Shown piece after piece: positions 42,123-52,414 of a DNA stretch of 64,000 nt. Made by a program: the position numbers and the translations under genes. How positions within the stretch are numbered: position 1 is the first letter of the stretch; each line of letters begins with the position of its first letter. The stretch spans positions 1,240,001-1,304,000 of the forward strand of contig CP128815.1 in assembly GCA_051546255.1 (NCBI GenBank). The letters are read 5' to 3'. The DNA is from Meyerozyma guilliermondii (taxonomy: Eukaryota). The notes beneath the pieces were generated by a model that saw nothing but the letters and a program-made list of their open reading frames with translations, ran no database searches and was not told where the DNA came from.

Positions 42123-43496
42123 CTAGGGTTCGGTGACTTCGGTTTCAGCAGTCTTTCTCTTGACCTTATTGTAATAGTCGTGATCAAAGGACCATTCCCG
42201 TTTCTTTAGTTCCCTTTTTTGTTCTCTATCGTAACTCATCTCGTTCCGCAATCGTTTCACAATATTTTGGTCCATGTAGCACGTCCCTGGTGCTCCCCAT
42301 TCAACATTAAACAAGGCAATGGAGAGCCCGTTGTGGATATTGGGACCTGACCAGGTTCGTGAGTTGATATCGTTGGCGTAGAATCCGTGGTAGGCAGGTA
42401 AAGGGGGAAGAAGAAGTACGGTAACCGAAATATCACCTTTGAAATCTTCTGGTACTGGCTGTTGCATCGTCCAGCTGTCGTTCCACTCACTGAGATCGAT
42501 GGTGTTATCGAAGAACCCTTGATGTGCCAATACATGTAGTATGTCGGAGTCATCAGTATATATACCTCCCACTCCACCCCACAATAACCTATCTTCAGCT
42601 ACATTGCCCTCATCCAAGTTTTGCAAGAATGCTATAACATGAGTGTAGGGAATCTTGATCTCTAGGAGGCTGTTGATGTATTCTTGTGGAAGCTGAGGGA
42701 TCATGGGAATGTATCTTACTCGGTCCGTGAAATACGACTGTTCTTGTTGTTGAGTAATGAAACGAGACCTGATTATTTCAAACTCCTCATAATGTTCCGG
42801 TCTCAAACCGGTCAATTGCGCAATCTGAAGCGTTTCCCACGTTGTAGTGGGGTTGTAAACAATTTTACCGAGGACTTTGCGTTGAGGGAACAATTCTTCA
42901 ACAAGTTGCACAATTGAGCTTTTGTCAAGCGTGGGTTTGTGTGCCTTGAATGGGCTGTACAGGCTCTTTTTCTTGTTGACAGAAGTTTCAGAAGCGTGTA
43001 CTTCTTCTCGTTTTGAAGGAGATGGCGCTTCATCTTTGCGTTCTGCCGTGGCCAAGGAAGACACTGTGTTGCCCAGATTTTGCTCTGGAGCAGTAGCCAC
43101 TGAATGTTGTGAATGGTTCGGGCGATGATGGGTGTGGTGGTAATGATGATGGTGATGGTGATGGTGGTGTGTAGCGACACTTTCTGAGCGGTCGGTGTCG
43201 TTTCCCTTCTTTGTGTGATCATTAGCTCGTTCATTTTTGACGCTTACATCGTTTAAATTAGTGCCTAATGGTGGCATTGCGGGAAAAACTGCTTGAAACT
43301 TGGGCAGTTTGCTGTGCTTCTCTTCTGAGTTGCTCACGCGTGGAACCAGTTGAGATGTTGGTAGCTCATCGCTAAGCACAGTATCGGTACTTTTCATCGT
43401 ATTTTCGCTTCCTGGAGCATTGCTTGATAAATTCGGTAAGGGTGGATGACTTTGGGCCGAACCAATGCCATGGTTGTCGTTGGCAGTCTCAGACAT
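42123..43496 (-). CDS. RXT3: Rpd3L histone deacetylase subunit Rxt3
   Basis: His-rich N-terminus; 'LWGGVGGIYTDDSDILHVLAHQG', 'LLLPPLPAYHG...INSRTW...HNGLS'. Confidence 0.88.
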   Translation of the reverse strand: MSETANDNHGIGSAQSHPPLPNLSSNAPGSENTMKSTDTVLSDELPTSQLVPRVSNSEEKHSKLPKFQAVFPAMPPLGTNLNDVSVKNERANDHTKKGNDTDRSESVATHHHHHHHHHYHHTHHRPNHSQHSVATAPEQNLGNTVSSLATAERKDEAPSPSKREEVHASETSVNKKKSLYSPFKAHKPTLDKSSIVQLVEELFPQRKVLGKIVYNPTTTWETLQIAQLTGLRPEHYEEFEIIRSRFITQQQEQSYFTDRVRYIPMIPQLPQEYINSLLEIKIPYTHVIAFLQNLDEGNVAEDRLLWGGVGGIYTDDSDILHVLAHQGFFDNTIDLSEWNDSWTMQQPVPEDFKGDISVTVLLLPPLPAYHGFYANDINSRTWSGPNIHNGLSIALFNVEWGAPGTCYMDQNIVKRLRNEMSYDREQKRELKKREWSFDHDYYNKVKRKTAETEVTEP

Positions 43497-43594
43497 GTTG
43501 AAAGTGTAGCGTAAACGTTCAACACCCGTTTACATGTGGGACATTATGCAGGAATATATAAATGTATGGAAACGATAAAATGGCCATCCGGGTG

Positions 43595-46500
43595 CTACTT
43601 ATAGCAACTGTAATGTACTATATGTTCGTTTGAGTCTATCGTGAAGACACCATATCCTAACTTTTTTCGGCAGATGGCACATGGCTGTTTTCCAGAATTT
43701 ATCTTGTATGCTTTTCCCTCAGTGGTTGCAAGTTCATGCTGAATTTTAATCATTCCCACCTTGTTCAATTGAGACTGTAAGCTTGAATCTTGTGAAGTTT
43801 GTTTTAATCTTAGCAAGTGTGTCCTCAAAAAAGTTGAAAGACGGGCGAGTGGGAACAGAGATGGAAGTGACGCAAGAATGTGCAATGCTGACATCTTCGA
43901 ACCATGAAGTTCAAGTAGACATTCGATCTTGTCCATATTCTCGCGATAGTCCATAAGGAGATCTTCGAGTAACTTGAAAAGAAGCCTTTTTCCTAGTTCT
44001 TCATTGTTGCCAGATTGAGGCTCCTCGGTTGAATGCATCTGATGAATATCTGCAGCATAATGCATAGCACTCTCAAAATCATTGAGCTGACCAAATAGAA
44101 CGTCAACAGCCTTGTCATGCTCCCCAAGTAGTTTGTATATGAAGACTGTGAGTCTCAAGTACCGGTCATCCGTCGTTTTTATACGTTTGAGAATCGTCCA
44201 TGGCTCATACAGGGAAGATTTCTGTAAGAACTTGTAAAGCTTGTCGTAAACCTCTTGATCAAAATCATTGTATAGCACATCCAAGTAAAGTAGGCATAAT
44301 TTGGTTTGAAACTTCGCTATCATATGATTTTTGTTTTCTTTGCTGTCAAGTATATCGGTCTCGCTGAGGAGCCATTCGAGGTAGCGAATAGCAAGAAGGT
44401 CATTGTGAAACATGCCATTCCCTCCGGTAAGAAACTCAAGGACCTTAAAATTGTCATAACTCTCACATTCAAAGGTATCGTTCATGAAGATCAACCTTCC
44501 ATTCTCCATCATGTCATCAGAGTTCTCCTTTAAAACCCAACAAGCAAATACAAAGATGAGATCTAGCTCCAGATTAGTGAGTTTCTGAAGGTACTGTATT
44601 GTCAATGAAGGACCATTCAAAAACTCGTCAAATTGATCTTCATGGTCGGTGATATCCTTGTGTGCCAAGTCGTGGAGCATCTCCAATGCCTCTCTATGTA
44701 AGTTTCTCGTAAAATAAAAGTCAAGAAGCTCCTTAATGAAAACAGGGTTTGCGTTATGTTCGTGTAACCCACTAATCAAACATTCATTGACGACCTTTGA
44801 GTTGCAAAAATTGTTCGGAAGACGTAGAAGTGGGCCCAAAAGCATCGGCTTCAAGTGGAAATAGCAAAGAAACAACGACGTATCAATGGCAACGGCTGCT
44901 TTTTGAAGTTCACTAGCGCTTTCTTCTCCAAATAAATCTTCGGGAACTAAGCTGACTCCTTTCCAGTCAATCTTAGCACTCGAATCGTTCAAAAATGTAA
45001 GCACTATACGTCTTTGATCTGTGAGGTAGATGATTAAATTGTTCACTGCCTTCGTGAACTTTTTCAACATGAGGGATTCCCTACTTCGAGTATCTCCTTG
45101 TGGTCCTTCCTGCTCAGTGCCTGACTCTCCTGTTTGAGAGCCAAACTCCTTGCTCTTTGAGAGCTCTTGCAAGGTTATCAGTTTCAAAGTGTTATCATCA
45201 TCTTTCTCTGAGTCTCCACTATGGTCACCACCGTTGAGAAAGTTGGGGAACAAGCTAAGTATGTCCTTGTAGTTTAATACCCATTCCGACCCAATATCAA
45301 CAAGTGACTCGTGGTATCGGTGGTACAGCTTAAAGACGATTTTCGCTCGCAAGCTGTATAATTGTCGTATGCGTAATAGAACCTCTTTTGAATACAGAGG
45401 TTGAGAAGTAGGACTTTGGAACTCGTAACCTGACTTTAAAAGCTGAATTGCTCTCATTATGCTTAGCAATCTCACATCACTCTTGGGGTCTGATTTGTGA
45501 ACCAGTGAGGGAGAGTGCGCTATTATCTGGTACTGCTTCAATTGGCTATCTTGGTCAGTTATCGAAAAGCTTAAAATGTCGTTACCAGTGGCGAAGATCA
45601 AGGTGTCGTTAAAGCGAGTCGTTAGTATCGAATTTGAATTCGCTTGATGGTTATAGGTCTGAATCACTTCACCAGTATATATTTCCACTACCTCCATCTT
45701 TTTTGGATATACAAGTAGCGCATATGAGGGGGAAATGAAGGTTATTGATACGGGGATTGGCGCTGACTTCATTAATGAGGGACTGAAACTTTTGCCTTTG
45801 ATGTCTAAAAGTGCCGTTTGTTGTTCCTTCATAAGCAAAAACTTCGAGTTCTTTATGGGAAGCACGAATGACTGAGGTCCTGAATTTGAGAGGCTAAAGT
45901 AGCTGAATGAAGAAGCCAGGGCAAAATTTTGAAGGTCTGCTTCGTTCACAGGAAGGGATGAAATCTGAAAGTTGGCATTGAGAATCTTATAGTCGTTCAC
46001 AAGCTCCATGAGTATTTCATCTTGAGTAGCAACAATTCGCTTTATTCTCTCCTTGACAGTTATCTCTTTGTGAAGCTGTACCTGTATCTTGTTGTGGCCT
46101 TTTGAAGTTATGGTGAAAACGATTATTTTCTTCTTCACGGCTGCAAGCAAGTATAGCTGACCTTTAGGGGCCCGAAAAAGACAGGAATCGTAGCATGGCT
46201 TCACTTCACTTAGTTCCTGAATCAAGTTCAAATGTGAGTCAACTCTTTCAAATAATCGTATACTGTCCGTCTTTGATATGAGAACATAAAGTGGACCTGA
46301 CGATTCGAGCTGAAAACACTCAATTTTTTCAATTGGACGATTATCTCCGGTAGTATTACGGAACGTGGTGTCGAGTATTAATGAATGTGTATCGGACTTT
46401 CTGGAAAATTGTTGCTTTACTTCATTGAAAGATTTAGAACCTCGGATAGTCTTAAAAACAGGGTTCGGTTCGGCTTCTCTTTCGTTGACTTTTAGCACCG

Positions 46501-46618
46501 ATAGACTTCCATTTGCCAATCCTATGTATAAATTAGAGGCAAATTGTGCTCCTGATGTCACAACCAGGCCCTGTGGTAGATGGAGTTTATCATCTGGTAT
46601 GAGAACATCTATATTCAT
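43595..46618 (-). CDS. VAM6: HOPS subunit Vam6/Vps39
   Basis: CNH-like N-terminus, 'AIDTSLFLCY...LLGPLLRLPN', 'ELLDFY...HREALEML', C-terminal 'CAICRKKLG...VHYSC'; adjacent to RXT3. Confidence 0.9.
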   Translation of the reverse strand: MNIDVLIPDDKLHLPQGLVVTSGAQFASNLYIGLANGSLSVLKVNEREAEPNPVFKTIRGSKSFNEVKQQFSRKSDTHSLILDTTFRNTTGDNRPIEKIECFQLESSGPLYVLISKTDSIRLFERVDSHLNLIQELSEVKPCYDSCLFRAPKGQLYLLAAVKKKIIVFTITSKGHNKIQVQLHKEITVKERIKRIVATQDEILMELVNDYKILNANFQISSLPVNEADLQNFALASSFSYFSLSNSGPQSFVLPIKNSKFLLMKEQQTALLDIKGKSFSPSLMKSAPIPVSITFISPSYALLVYPKKMEVVEIYTGEVIQTYNHQANSNSILTTRFNDTLIFATGNDILSFSITDQDSQLKQYQIIAHSPSLVHKSDPKSDVRLLSIMRAIQLLKSGYEFQSPTSQPLYSKEVLLRIRQLYSLRAKIVFKLYHRYHESLVDIGSEWVLNYKDILSLFPNFLNGGDHSGDSEKDDDNTLKLITLQELSKSKEFGSQTGESGTEQEGPQGDTRSRESLMLKKFTKAVNNLIIYLTDQRRIVLTFLNDSSAKIDWKGVSLVPEDLFGEESASELQKAAVAIDTSLFLCYFHLKPMLLGPLLRLPNNFCNSKVVNECLISGLHEHNANPVFIKELLDFYFTRNLHREALEMLHDLAHKDITDHEDQFDEFLNGPSLTIQYLQKLTNLELDLIFVFACWVLKENSDDMMENGRLIFMNDTFECESYDNFKVLEFLTGGNGMFHNDLLAIRYLEWLLSETDILDSKENKNHMIAKFQTKLCLLYLDVLYNDFDQEVYDKLYKFLQKSSLYEPWTILKRIKTTDDRYLRLTVFIYKLLGEHDKAVDVLFGQLNDFESAMHYAADIHQMHSTEEPQSGNNEELGKRLLFKLLEDLLMDYRENMDKIECLLELHGSKMSALHILASLPSLFPLARLSTFLRTHLLRLKQTSQDSSLQSQLNKVGMIKIQHELATTEGKAYKINSGKQPCAICRKKLGYGVFTIDSNEHIVHYSCYK

Positions 46619-46773
46619 AATACAGTTTCAAGATCCTTTTGACGCATTTACTATCGCAGGTTTGTATACACGCCAATGGCTGCGAACCGAATAAGGCCTA
46701 AAGGGAACCAGAAGAGAGATTTATGTACTCAATTCTTGCATTATAGAGAGGCTAAGTGGGTCGTACCTGACCT

Positions 46774-49578
46774 TTAAACTGTAGACAAAAAGCTGATAAC
46801 CCCAGCGCAATACTTGACTTGTGAATCCAAGGTTACAGCCATTTGTTGGTTCTTCTCATTCCAGCGCTGAACGGTATCCTGAAGTGTCTTTTCCATTGGA
46901 TGATTGACAATAACATCACCATGAATCCTCAAGAATATAGATACGATGGATTCAATCATATCAAAGTTGGTTTTGGATTCAAGACCTTGGATCATGGCCT
47001 CCATGAAACTTGTCATTTCTTCAAGCGGTGCGAAAGAATTCAACGAACGAACTTCAAGGTCGATGGTAGCAGGAGAACATTCCACCAAGTATTCAAGAAA
47101 CTCACGGTAATCTTTCTGTTTACTGCCGGCTCGTAAAAGTTGGGTGAAGCGGGACTCGAAATTGTGCTTGCCATTTTCTTTAAGCTTGAGTAACCTACTA
47201 TCTGCTTCGTCCTCGTCTCCTTCCTTGGGAGCTTGTTCTTCGCTGCCGAGCTCATTTTCACGAGCCTGATCTCCAACCTGACCAGCTGAAAGCGACAAGA
47301 AAAATGGAGCCTGTTTGGGCTTTTGTGCTGTTTCCTTTGGCTTGTTACGCTGCTTAATATTGTCCAAATGAAGTACCGTGCTATACTTGCCTCTGGAACC
47401 GAGATACAAAGTCGTCATGTTTTCAATCTGGTCTTTCGATTTATAAGAATCCATTGCAATTTCGGTTTCCTCGTCATCTTCAAATGCACCATCGAGAAGT
47501 GTGGACCCACCATGGCCAGATGCATTGGGTAGCAATGTGGTTGCAAATTCGTCCTCGGTTAGATGTCGTGCCGACACAGTCTTAAACTGTGCCTTATTTG
47601 TCCAGAGAGAAACCCCGTTACCGGAAACATGTGCGGTTGCAATGTAGTCTCCAATTGGAGAAAATTTGACGGCAGTTACCACACTTGGTAATCTTATACC
47701 ATCGATACAACCACCGGTAGGAAGATCCCACGTTCGCATGGTTGCATCCAAGGCAGCCAGTACTATCCATCTGCCGTTGGGTGAAAAGTCAAGACTTGTA
47801 ATTCTATTGGTGTGGCCATACAAGACTCTTATCACTTTTTGAGTTACGGTATCGATGATGACAATTGAAAGATCATCTAGGGCACAAGCAACCAAGTCTG
47901 ACGACTTGTGATATGCCATGAATGTTATAGGTGCATCAAGCTGTAATTTTCCAAGGTACTTCAGGTTGGTGAAATCGTAGAAACCAACGATACCATCCAA
48001 ACCACAACTGACCATATTTCTGTTCATGCCGTCGATTGCAAGTCCAGTAACTGCAGCATTACGATGCAAAACGTATCTCTTACGAAGAAGTCCCGACTGC
48101 AAGTTGTAGACGCCAATTCCACCTTGCGAAGACCCAACAAGTCCAAAGTTTCCACACTGTGAAATACACACCGACTTGACGATACCATTGTCAATGGTCT
48201 CCAAACTGTGTCTACCTACACGTTTGCTCCGAGAGTTCCAGGTTCGAGCAAAAGTCTCATCTTTATGACCTGTGATGACGTTCTCCCACTCACCTTCGCG
48301 AGCTTGGGACGAAGAGATGCAAACAATTTCCGGGAACTTTTCCTTCATTGAGGAGACCGGACCTGCAATTCGCTTGCCGTTTTCTCCTTTGGGGAGTCTT
48401 TGAGACAATTCTTGCGCCTGAGCATCTTTTCTTAATGAAAAGCTCCAGAAAGACCTGTCGCGAGATGCACTCAAGAGAAAATGTGATTTGTTCTCCTGAG
48501 GAAACTCAATGGCAATTGGGGGCGCCGAATGGCCACCTCGAGACCTTAAATGACGAGGAGGTGACACAATGGACGAAGAAGATGTGGAAAGTGAAGGATC
48601 AAACACATATTCCTTCAACTGGTTGTCAGCACCATTTGTGACAACTATGGGCTGTCCATTCAAGAATTTGACATTCGAAACTCCACCATACACTTGCTTG
48701 TGGGCACCGTGGAGAGTGTGTACACGGCTTTGTTTTTCCAAGTCATAGAAGTATAAATCACCATTGGTCAACCCAGCCACGAGATGGTGCGACCGATCGG
48801 TTCTGAATGAAATAGCAGCCACTTTGGAGTCACCAGCTTTGATCAACGGGCCAATGGTTTTAGCTTTCTTCAAGTGGAACAAATGAACGTTTCCTGTAGA
48901 AGTTCCTACGGCCATTATATCAAGCGCTGGAGCAGTTTCTATGCTGGATATGGGACCTTGAATTTGTTCACTCGATGTCTTGTACAATAGCTTGCCGGTA
49001 CGAATGTTGAAAAGAAACAAGTGGTTGGTGGTAGCTACAACGATTTTGTTCAAATATGTTGGTGGATGAACCAATCCAACAATATCACCTTCAAAATCTG
49101 AGTTGATGGCCGTGAGCGTTGTGTGCAATTCAGTGGCATATTTCTCCAGTTGTCTCTTGTATACGAATACTTTGCCACAGGTGGAAGTAGCAACAAGGTA
49201 CTCTCCAAAGCACAAGAGATGGCTGATGGAGACGTCGGAAGGACATTCAATTGTATGTTCGAGTCTCCCTCGTTTAAAAATGCCAATTCTCGAACCATAT
49301 GCAGCGAAAACGTAGTGGAAATGCGTGGCAAGACAAGTTATCTTGGAGCTCGTCTGTGTCTGGGATACAAAGAGCAAATGAAGGGTGGCAGCGTCGTAAA
49401 TTTGGAAAGAACGACCAACAGATGTGACAATATAGAAGGTTGATCCAAGCGTACCCAAAGAAAAAGGGGTGTCATTGGAAACGCAGCCCACAACTCTGAA
49501 TGGGCTGAATATCCTCGAGGCTCGCTGGCGGCTTTCAGAGGGCACGTCTACCTTTCTCTTCTTATCTATGGTAGGCAT
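46774..49578 (-). CDS. UTP21: U3 snoRNP WD40 protein Utp21
   Basis: 'SRIFSPFRVVG', 'HPPTYLNKIVV', 'RSRGGHSAPP', 'RNKPKE..KPKQAPFFL'. Likely start at 49578. Confidence 0.93.
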   Translation of the reverse strand: MPTIDKKRKVDVPSESRQRASRIFSPFRVVGCVSNDTPFSLGTLGSTFYIVTSVGRSFQIYDAATLHLLFVSQTQTSSKITCLATHFHYVFAAYGSRIGIFKRGRLEHTIECPSDVSISHLLCFGEYLVATSTCGKVFVYKRQLEKYATELHTTLTAINSDFEGDIVGLVHPPTYLNKIVVATTNHLFLFNIRTGKLLYKTSSEQIQGPISSIETAPALDIMAVGTSTGNVHLFHLKKAKTIGPLIKAGDSKVAAISFRTDRSHHLVAGLTNGDLYFYDLEKQSRVHTLHGAHKQVYGGVSNVKFLNGQPIVVTNGADNQLKEYVFDPSLSTSSSSIVSPPRHLRSRGGHSAPPIAIEFPQENKSHFLLSASRDRSFWSFSLRKDAQAQELSQRLPKGENGKRIAGPVSSMKEKFPEIVCISSSQAREGEWENVITGHKDETFARTWNSRSKRVGRHSLETIDNGIVKSVCISQCGNFGLVGSSQGGIGVYNLQSGLLRKRYVLHRNAAVTGLAIDGMNRNMVSCGLDGIVGFYDFTNLKYLGKLQLDAPITFMAYHKSSDLVACALDDLSIVIIDTVTQKVIRVLYGHTNRITSLDFSPNGRWIVLAALDATMRTWDLPTGGCIDGIRLPSVVTAVKFSPIGDYIATAHVSGNGVSLWTNKAQFKTVSARHLTEDEFATTLLPNASGHGGSTLLDGAFEDDEETEIAMDSYKSKDQIENMTTLYLGSRGKYSTVLHLDNIKQRNKPKETAQKPKQAPFFLSLSAGQVGDQARENELGSEEQAPKEGDEDEADSRLLKLKENGKHNFESRFTQLLRAGSKQKDYREFLEYLVECSPATIDLEVRSLNSFAPLEEMTSFMEAMIQGLESKTNFDMIESIVSIFLRIHGDVIVNHPMEKTLQDTVQRWNEKNQQMAVTLDSQVKYCAGVISFLSTV

Positions 49579-49603
49579 GAAAATTGTAGTATTCGCATCG
49601 CAT

Positions 49604-49791
49604 CTCATCACTGAAAAAATTGGGTTATCTGCAGGATGATACCAACCGCCAGAGAAGATGGGGTATTAAGATTGGTACTAGATACACAATTGTGTTCTAT
49701 GTTCGTCCTATCAATCACTGTTTTTTCACTGATTGGCTTACCGTGTTTTTGCTTTTCGGGACTATTTGCTACTCTTATACTTGCCGATGAG
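49604..49791. promoter_or_regulatory. PAC/RRPE ribosome-biogenesis bidirectional promoter (UTP21/DUS3)
   Basis: CTCATC 49604-49609, TGAAAAAATT 49612-49621, GATGAG 49786-49791. Confidence 0.6.
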
Positions 49792-49844
49792 CATCGCACC
49801 GGTTGCAGGAACCAAAATTCGATCTCACTTGGTAAAACTCGCCG

Positions 49845-51668
49845 ATGACCACAGAAACTGAAAAACGTGCTTTGGAGGACGATACAGTTGAGTCGAAGAG
49901 AATCAAGTATGACAAGGGTATAGCGCCTATTAAACCGGAGTTTATAGTCGAAAACCCTTCAGTTCCAGCCGATGATCGTTACGTCAACGATGACGATGCC
50001 GAAGCAGGAGATCGTAACGGTGAGGAAAAAGGAAAGAAAAAGAAGCGGGGACAGAACAAAAAGAGAGATATGAGACAGCAACATGAGGAAGTGAGGCTTT
50101 GTTCTAGTTTATTGGATCCAAGCAACCCGGGAACTTGTCGTTTTGGACCAGAACATTGTAGAAGTACCCATGATGTGACCACCTACTTGGCAGCAAAAGC
50201 ACCAGATATCGACGGTGTATGTCCAGTATTCAAGTCAATTGGATATTGTCCAGCTGGCTTGAAATGTAGATGGCTCAACTCTCATTATGAAGATGGGAAA
50301 CTCAAGAGAGACCAAAGTCAAATAGATGCTTACGCTTCCAGTGGTCAAGGAGAAGTGAACAAGATTTCCACCGAAGCCAAACTTGCGCTACAGAAGAAAA
50401 AGTATTTGTTTGAGGTGTCAGACAACGTTATCAAGTACTTGGACCTGCAAGTTCAAAGCGATGAGAATATTGCTAAAAGGGAAGAAGCCAAGGAAAATAA
50501 TGCTAGTTACGTTGAGGCGCCGTTCAAGATTGCCGAAAAGAAGAAGCTCGATTTGAGAGGGGCAAAGATTGTTTCTCCCTTGACTACAGTTGGAAACTTG
50601 CCATATCGTAGGCTCATGAAGACGCTAGGTGCGGATGTGACCTATTCAGAAATGGCTCTTTCGCTTCCATTGCTTCAAGCTACCAACTCCGAATGGGCAC
50701 TTCCAAAAGCACACAGCAGTGAATACCCTGGTTTTGGCGTCCAAATTGCTACATCCAAGCATTGGGCTGCTGCCAAAGCTGCTGAAGTTATCTACAAGGA
50801 GACGACCCATGTGTCGGAACTCAATTTGAACTGTGGATGTCCAATTGACTTGCTTTACCGTCAAGGACAAGGCTCAGCATTGATGGAACAACCTGCTAGA
50901 TTATTGCGTATTTTGAAGGGTATGAATGCTAGTTCTGGTGACATTCCTGTTACAGTGAAGATCAGAACCGGTACAAAAGACAATAAGAATACTGCTAAAT
51001 CTTTGGTTGAAAGAGTGTTGGCGGAAAATGATGTCGCTGCCATTACATTGCATGGCAGGTCGAGGCAACAGCGGTATACCAAGGATGCCGACTGGGAATA
51101 TATTAAAGAAGTTGGAGCGGTCGTTACTGAGTGGAACAATAAGAAGGAAGAAGATAAAGAATCGAGTGAAACGAACAGAACCAACTTTGTTGGAAATGGA
51201 GATGTTTTCACCCATGAAGACTGGTATAATGCTGTGAATACGGAAGGGGTAGATTCGGTTATGGTTGCAAGAGGAGCATTGATCAAACCGTGGATATTTG
51301 AAGAGGTAGAAGCTCAGCAATATCTTGATAAGTCTGCAACTGAAAGACTTGATATTCTCCGGAAGTTTGCCGATTTCTCTCTTGAGCATTGGGGATCAGA
51401 CGAATATGGCGTTGGATTATCTAGACGTTTCATGTGTGAGTTTTTGAGTTTCACCCATCGGTATATTCCTGTGGGCATCTTGGAGAGATTACCACCAAAG
51501 ATCAACCAAAGGCCACCACAATGGCGCGGACGTAACGAGCTCGAGACATTATTGGGATCTACAGACTACAAGGACTGGATCAAGATTACCGAGATGTTCT
51601 ACGGTAAGACTGGAGACAATTTCACATTTATTCCCAAACATAAGAGTAATGCCTACGAAAGTGGATAA
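49845..51668 (+). CDS. DUS3: tRNA-dihydrouridine(47) synthase
   Basis: Two CCCH zinc fingers, 'SPLTTVGNLPYRRL', 'LNCGCPID', 'HGRSRQQRYTK', 'MVARGALIKPW', 'PKHKSNAY'. Confidence 0.96.
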   Translation: MTTETEKRALEDDTVESKRIKYDKGIAPIKPEFIVENPSVPADDRYVNDDDAEAGDRNGEEKGKKKKRGQNKKRDMRQQHEEVRLCSSLLDPSNPGTCRFGPEHCRSTHDVTTYLAAKAPDIDGVCPVFKSIGYCPAGLKCRWLNSHYEDGKLKRDQSQIDAYASSGQGEVNKISTEAKLALQKKKYLFEVSDNVIKYLDLQVQSDENIAKREEAKENNASYVEAPFKIAEKKKLDLRGAKIVSPLTTVGNLPYRRLMKTLGADVTYSEMALSLPLLQATNSEWALPKAHSSEYPGFGVQIATSKHWAAAKAAEVIYKETTHVSELNLNCGCPIDLLYRQGQGSALMEQPARLLRILKGMNASSGDIPVTVKIRTGTKDNKNTAKSLVERVLAENDVAAITLHGRSRQQRYTKDADWEYIKEVGAVVTEWNNKKEEDKESSETNRTNFVGNGDVFTHEDWYNAVNTEGVDSVMVARGALIKPWIFEEVEAQQYLDKSATERLDILRKFADFSLEHWGSDEYGVGLSRRFMCEFLSFTHRYIPVGILERLPPKINQRPPQWRGRNELETLLGSTDYKDWIKITEMFYGKTGDNFTFIPKHKSNAYESG

Positions 51669-51694
51669 ATACAGCATTCATATAAAGTAAATAT

Positions 51695-52267
51695 TCATGC
51701 TTTTCTTTGCGCAACAGAACCAGTATCGTAGTCCTTGGACAATGAAGTAGCCTGGTCCTTCAAAATCTCCAAGTCTTCGTCCTTCTGTTTCAATTCTTTC
51801 TTGAGTTTTTCAAGTTCTGGCGAACTAGCTCCATTGGTTTTGGCACCGTCTAATTTGTCCTTGGTGTCAATTAACTCGGTCACCAAAGAGTAGGTTCTTG
51901 TCAAAATAAGAGTCAAGAACAACGTGAAGCCACAAAGATACATGTTTCTTTGGGCGTAAAACCGTCTAGCTTGGACGTCGGAACGATCATTAATTACTCC
52001 AGTAACAGAACCGGTGTGGCCACCAGGCGAGGTTGCGTGCAATTCAGTGGTAACCGTCCACACCTTGTTTACTGAATCGATAAACAACACCAAAACGAAC
52101 CCAAGAATACATTTTATAGCAACTTGAAATTGTTCATTTCGGAACGGAGCTGACACCGTTGACAACACGCTCTTTCTTACCTTTCTAGGGTATGGTAAGG
52201 AGAGCACCGTGAAGAAGCTCATCTCAATTACGAGCAAGCCGAACACCAAGTTATAATATAAAGCCAT
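51695..52267 (-). CDS. YET3: BAP31-family ER membrane protein
   Basis: 'MALYYNLVFGLLVIEM', 'LFIDSVN', 'RRFYAQRNMYLCGFTLFL', C-terminal coiled coil. Confidence 0.85.
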   Translation of the reverse strand: MALYYNLVFGLLVIEMSFFTVLSLPYPRKVRKSVLSTVSAPFRNEQFQVAIKCILGFVLVLFIDSVNKVWTVTTELHATSPGGHTGSVTGVINDRSDVQARRFYAQRNMYLCGFTLFLTLILTRTYSLVTELIDTKDKLDGAKTNGASSPELEKLKKELKQKDEDLEILKDQATSLSKDYDTGSVAQRKA

Positions 52268-52414
52268 TGTTGAACTATAAAATGCTTTCAATTATTTATG
52301 TGATCGTGTGTTCCTTAGCAATCATCTGACACGGCTGTGTGCAGGTATGATGCGTGGTTCCTACAGCAGCGGACTAACGATTGCTAAAAACCACGAGCGG
52401 AGAATGTTGCAGTT

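Noticed and set aside
43110..43175. TGA/TGG repeat-like run
   Set aside because: It is the poly-His tract of Rxt3, not an independent repeat element.
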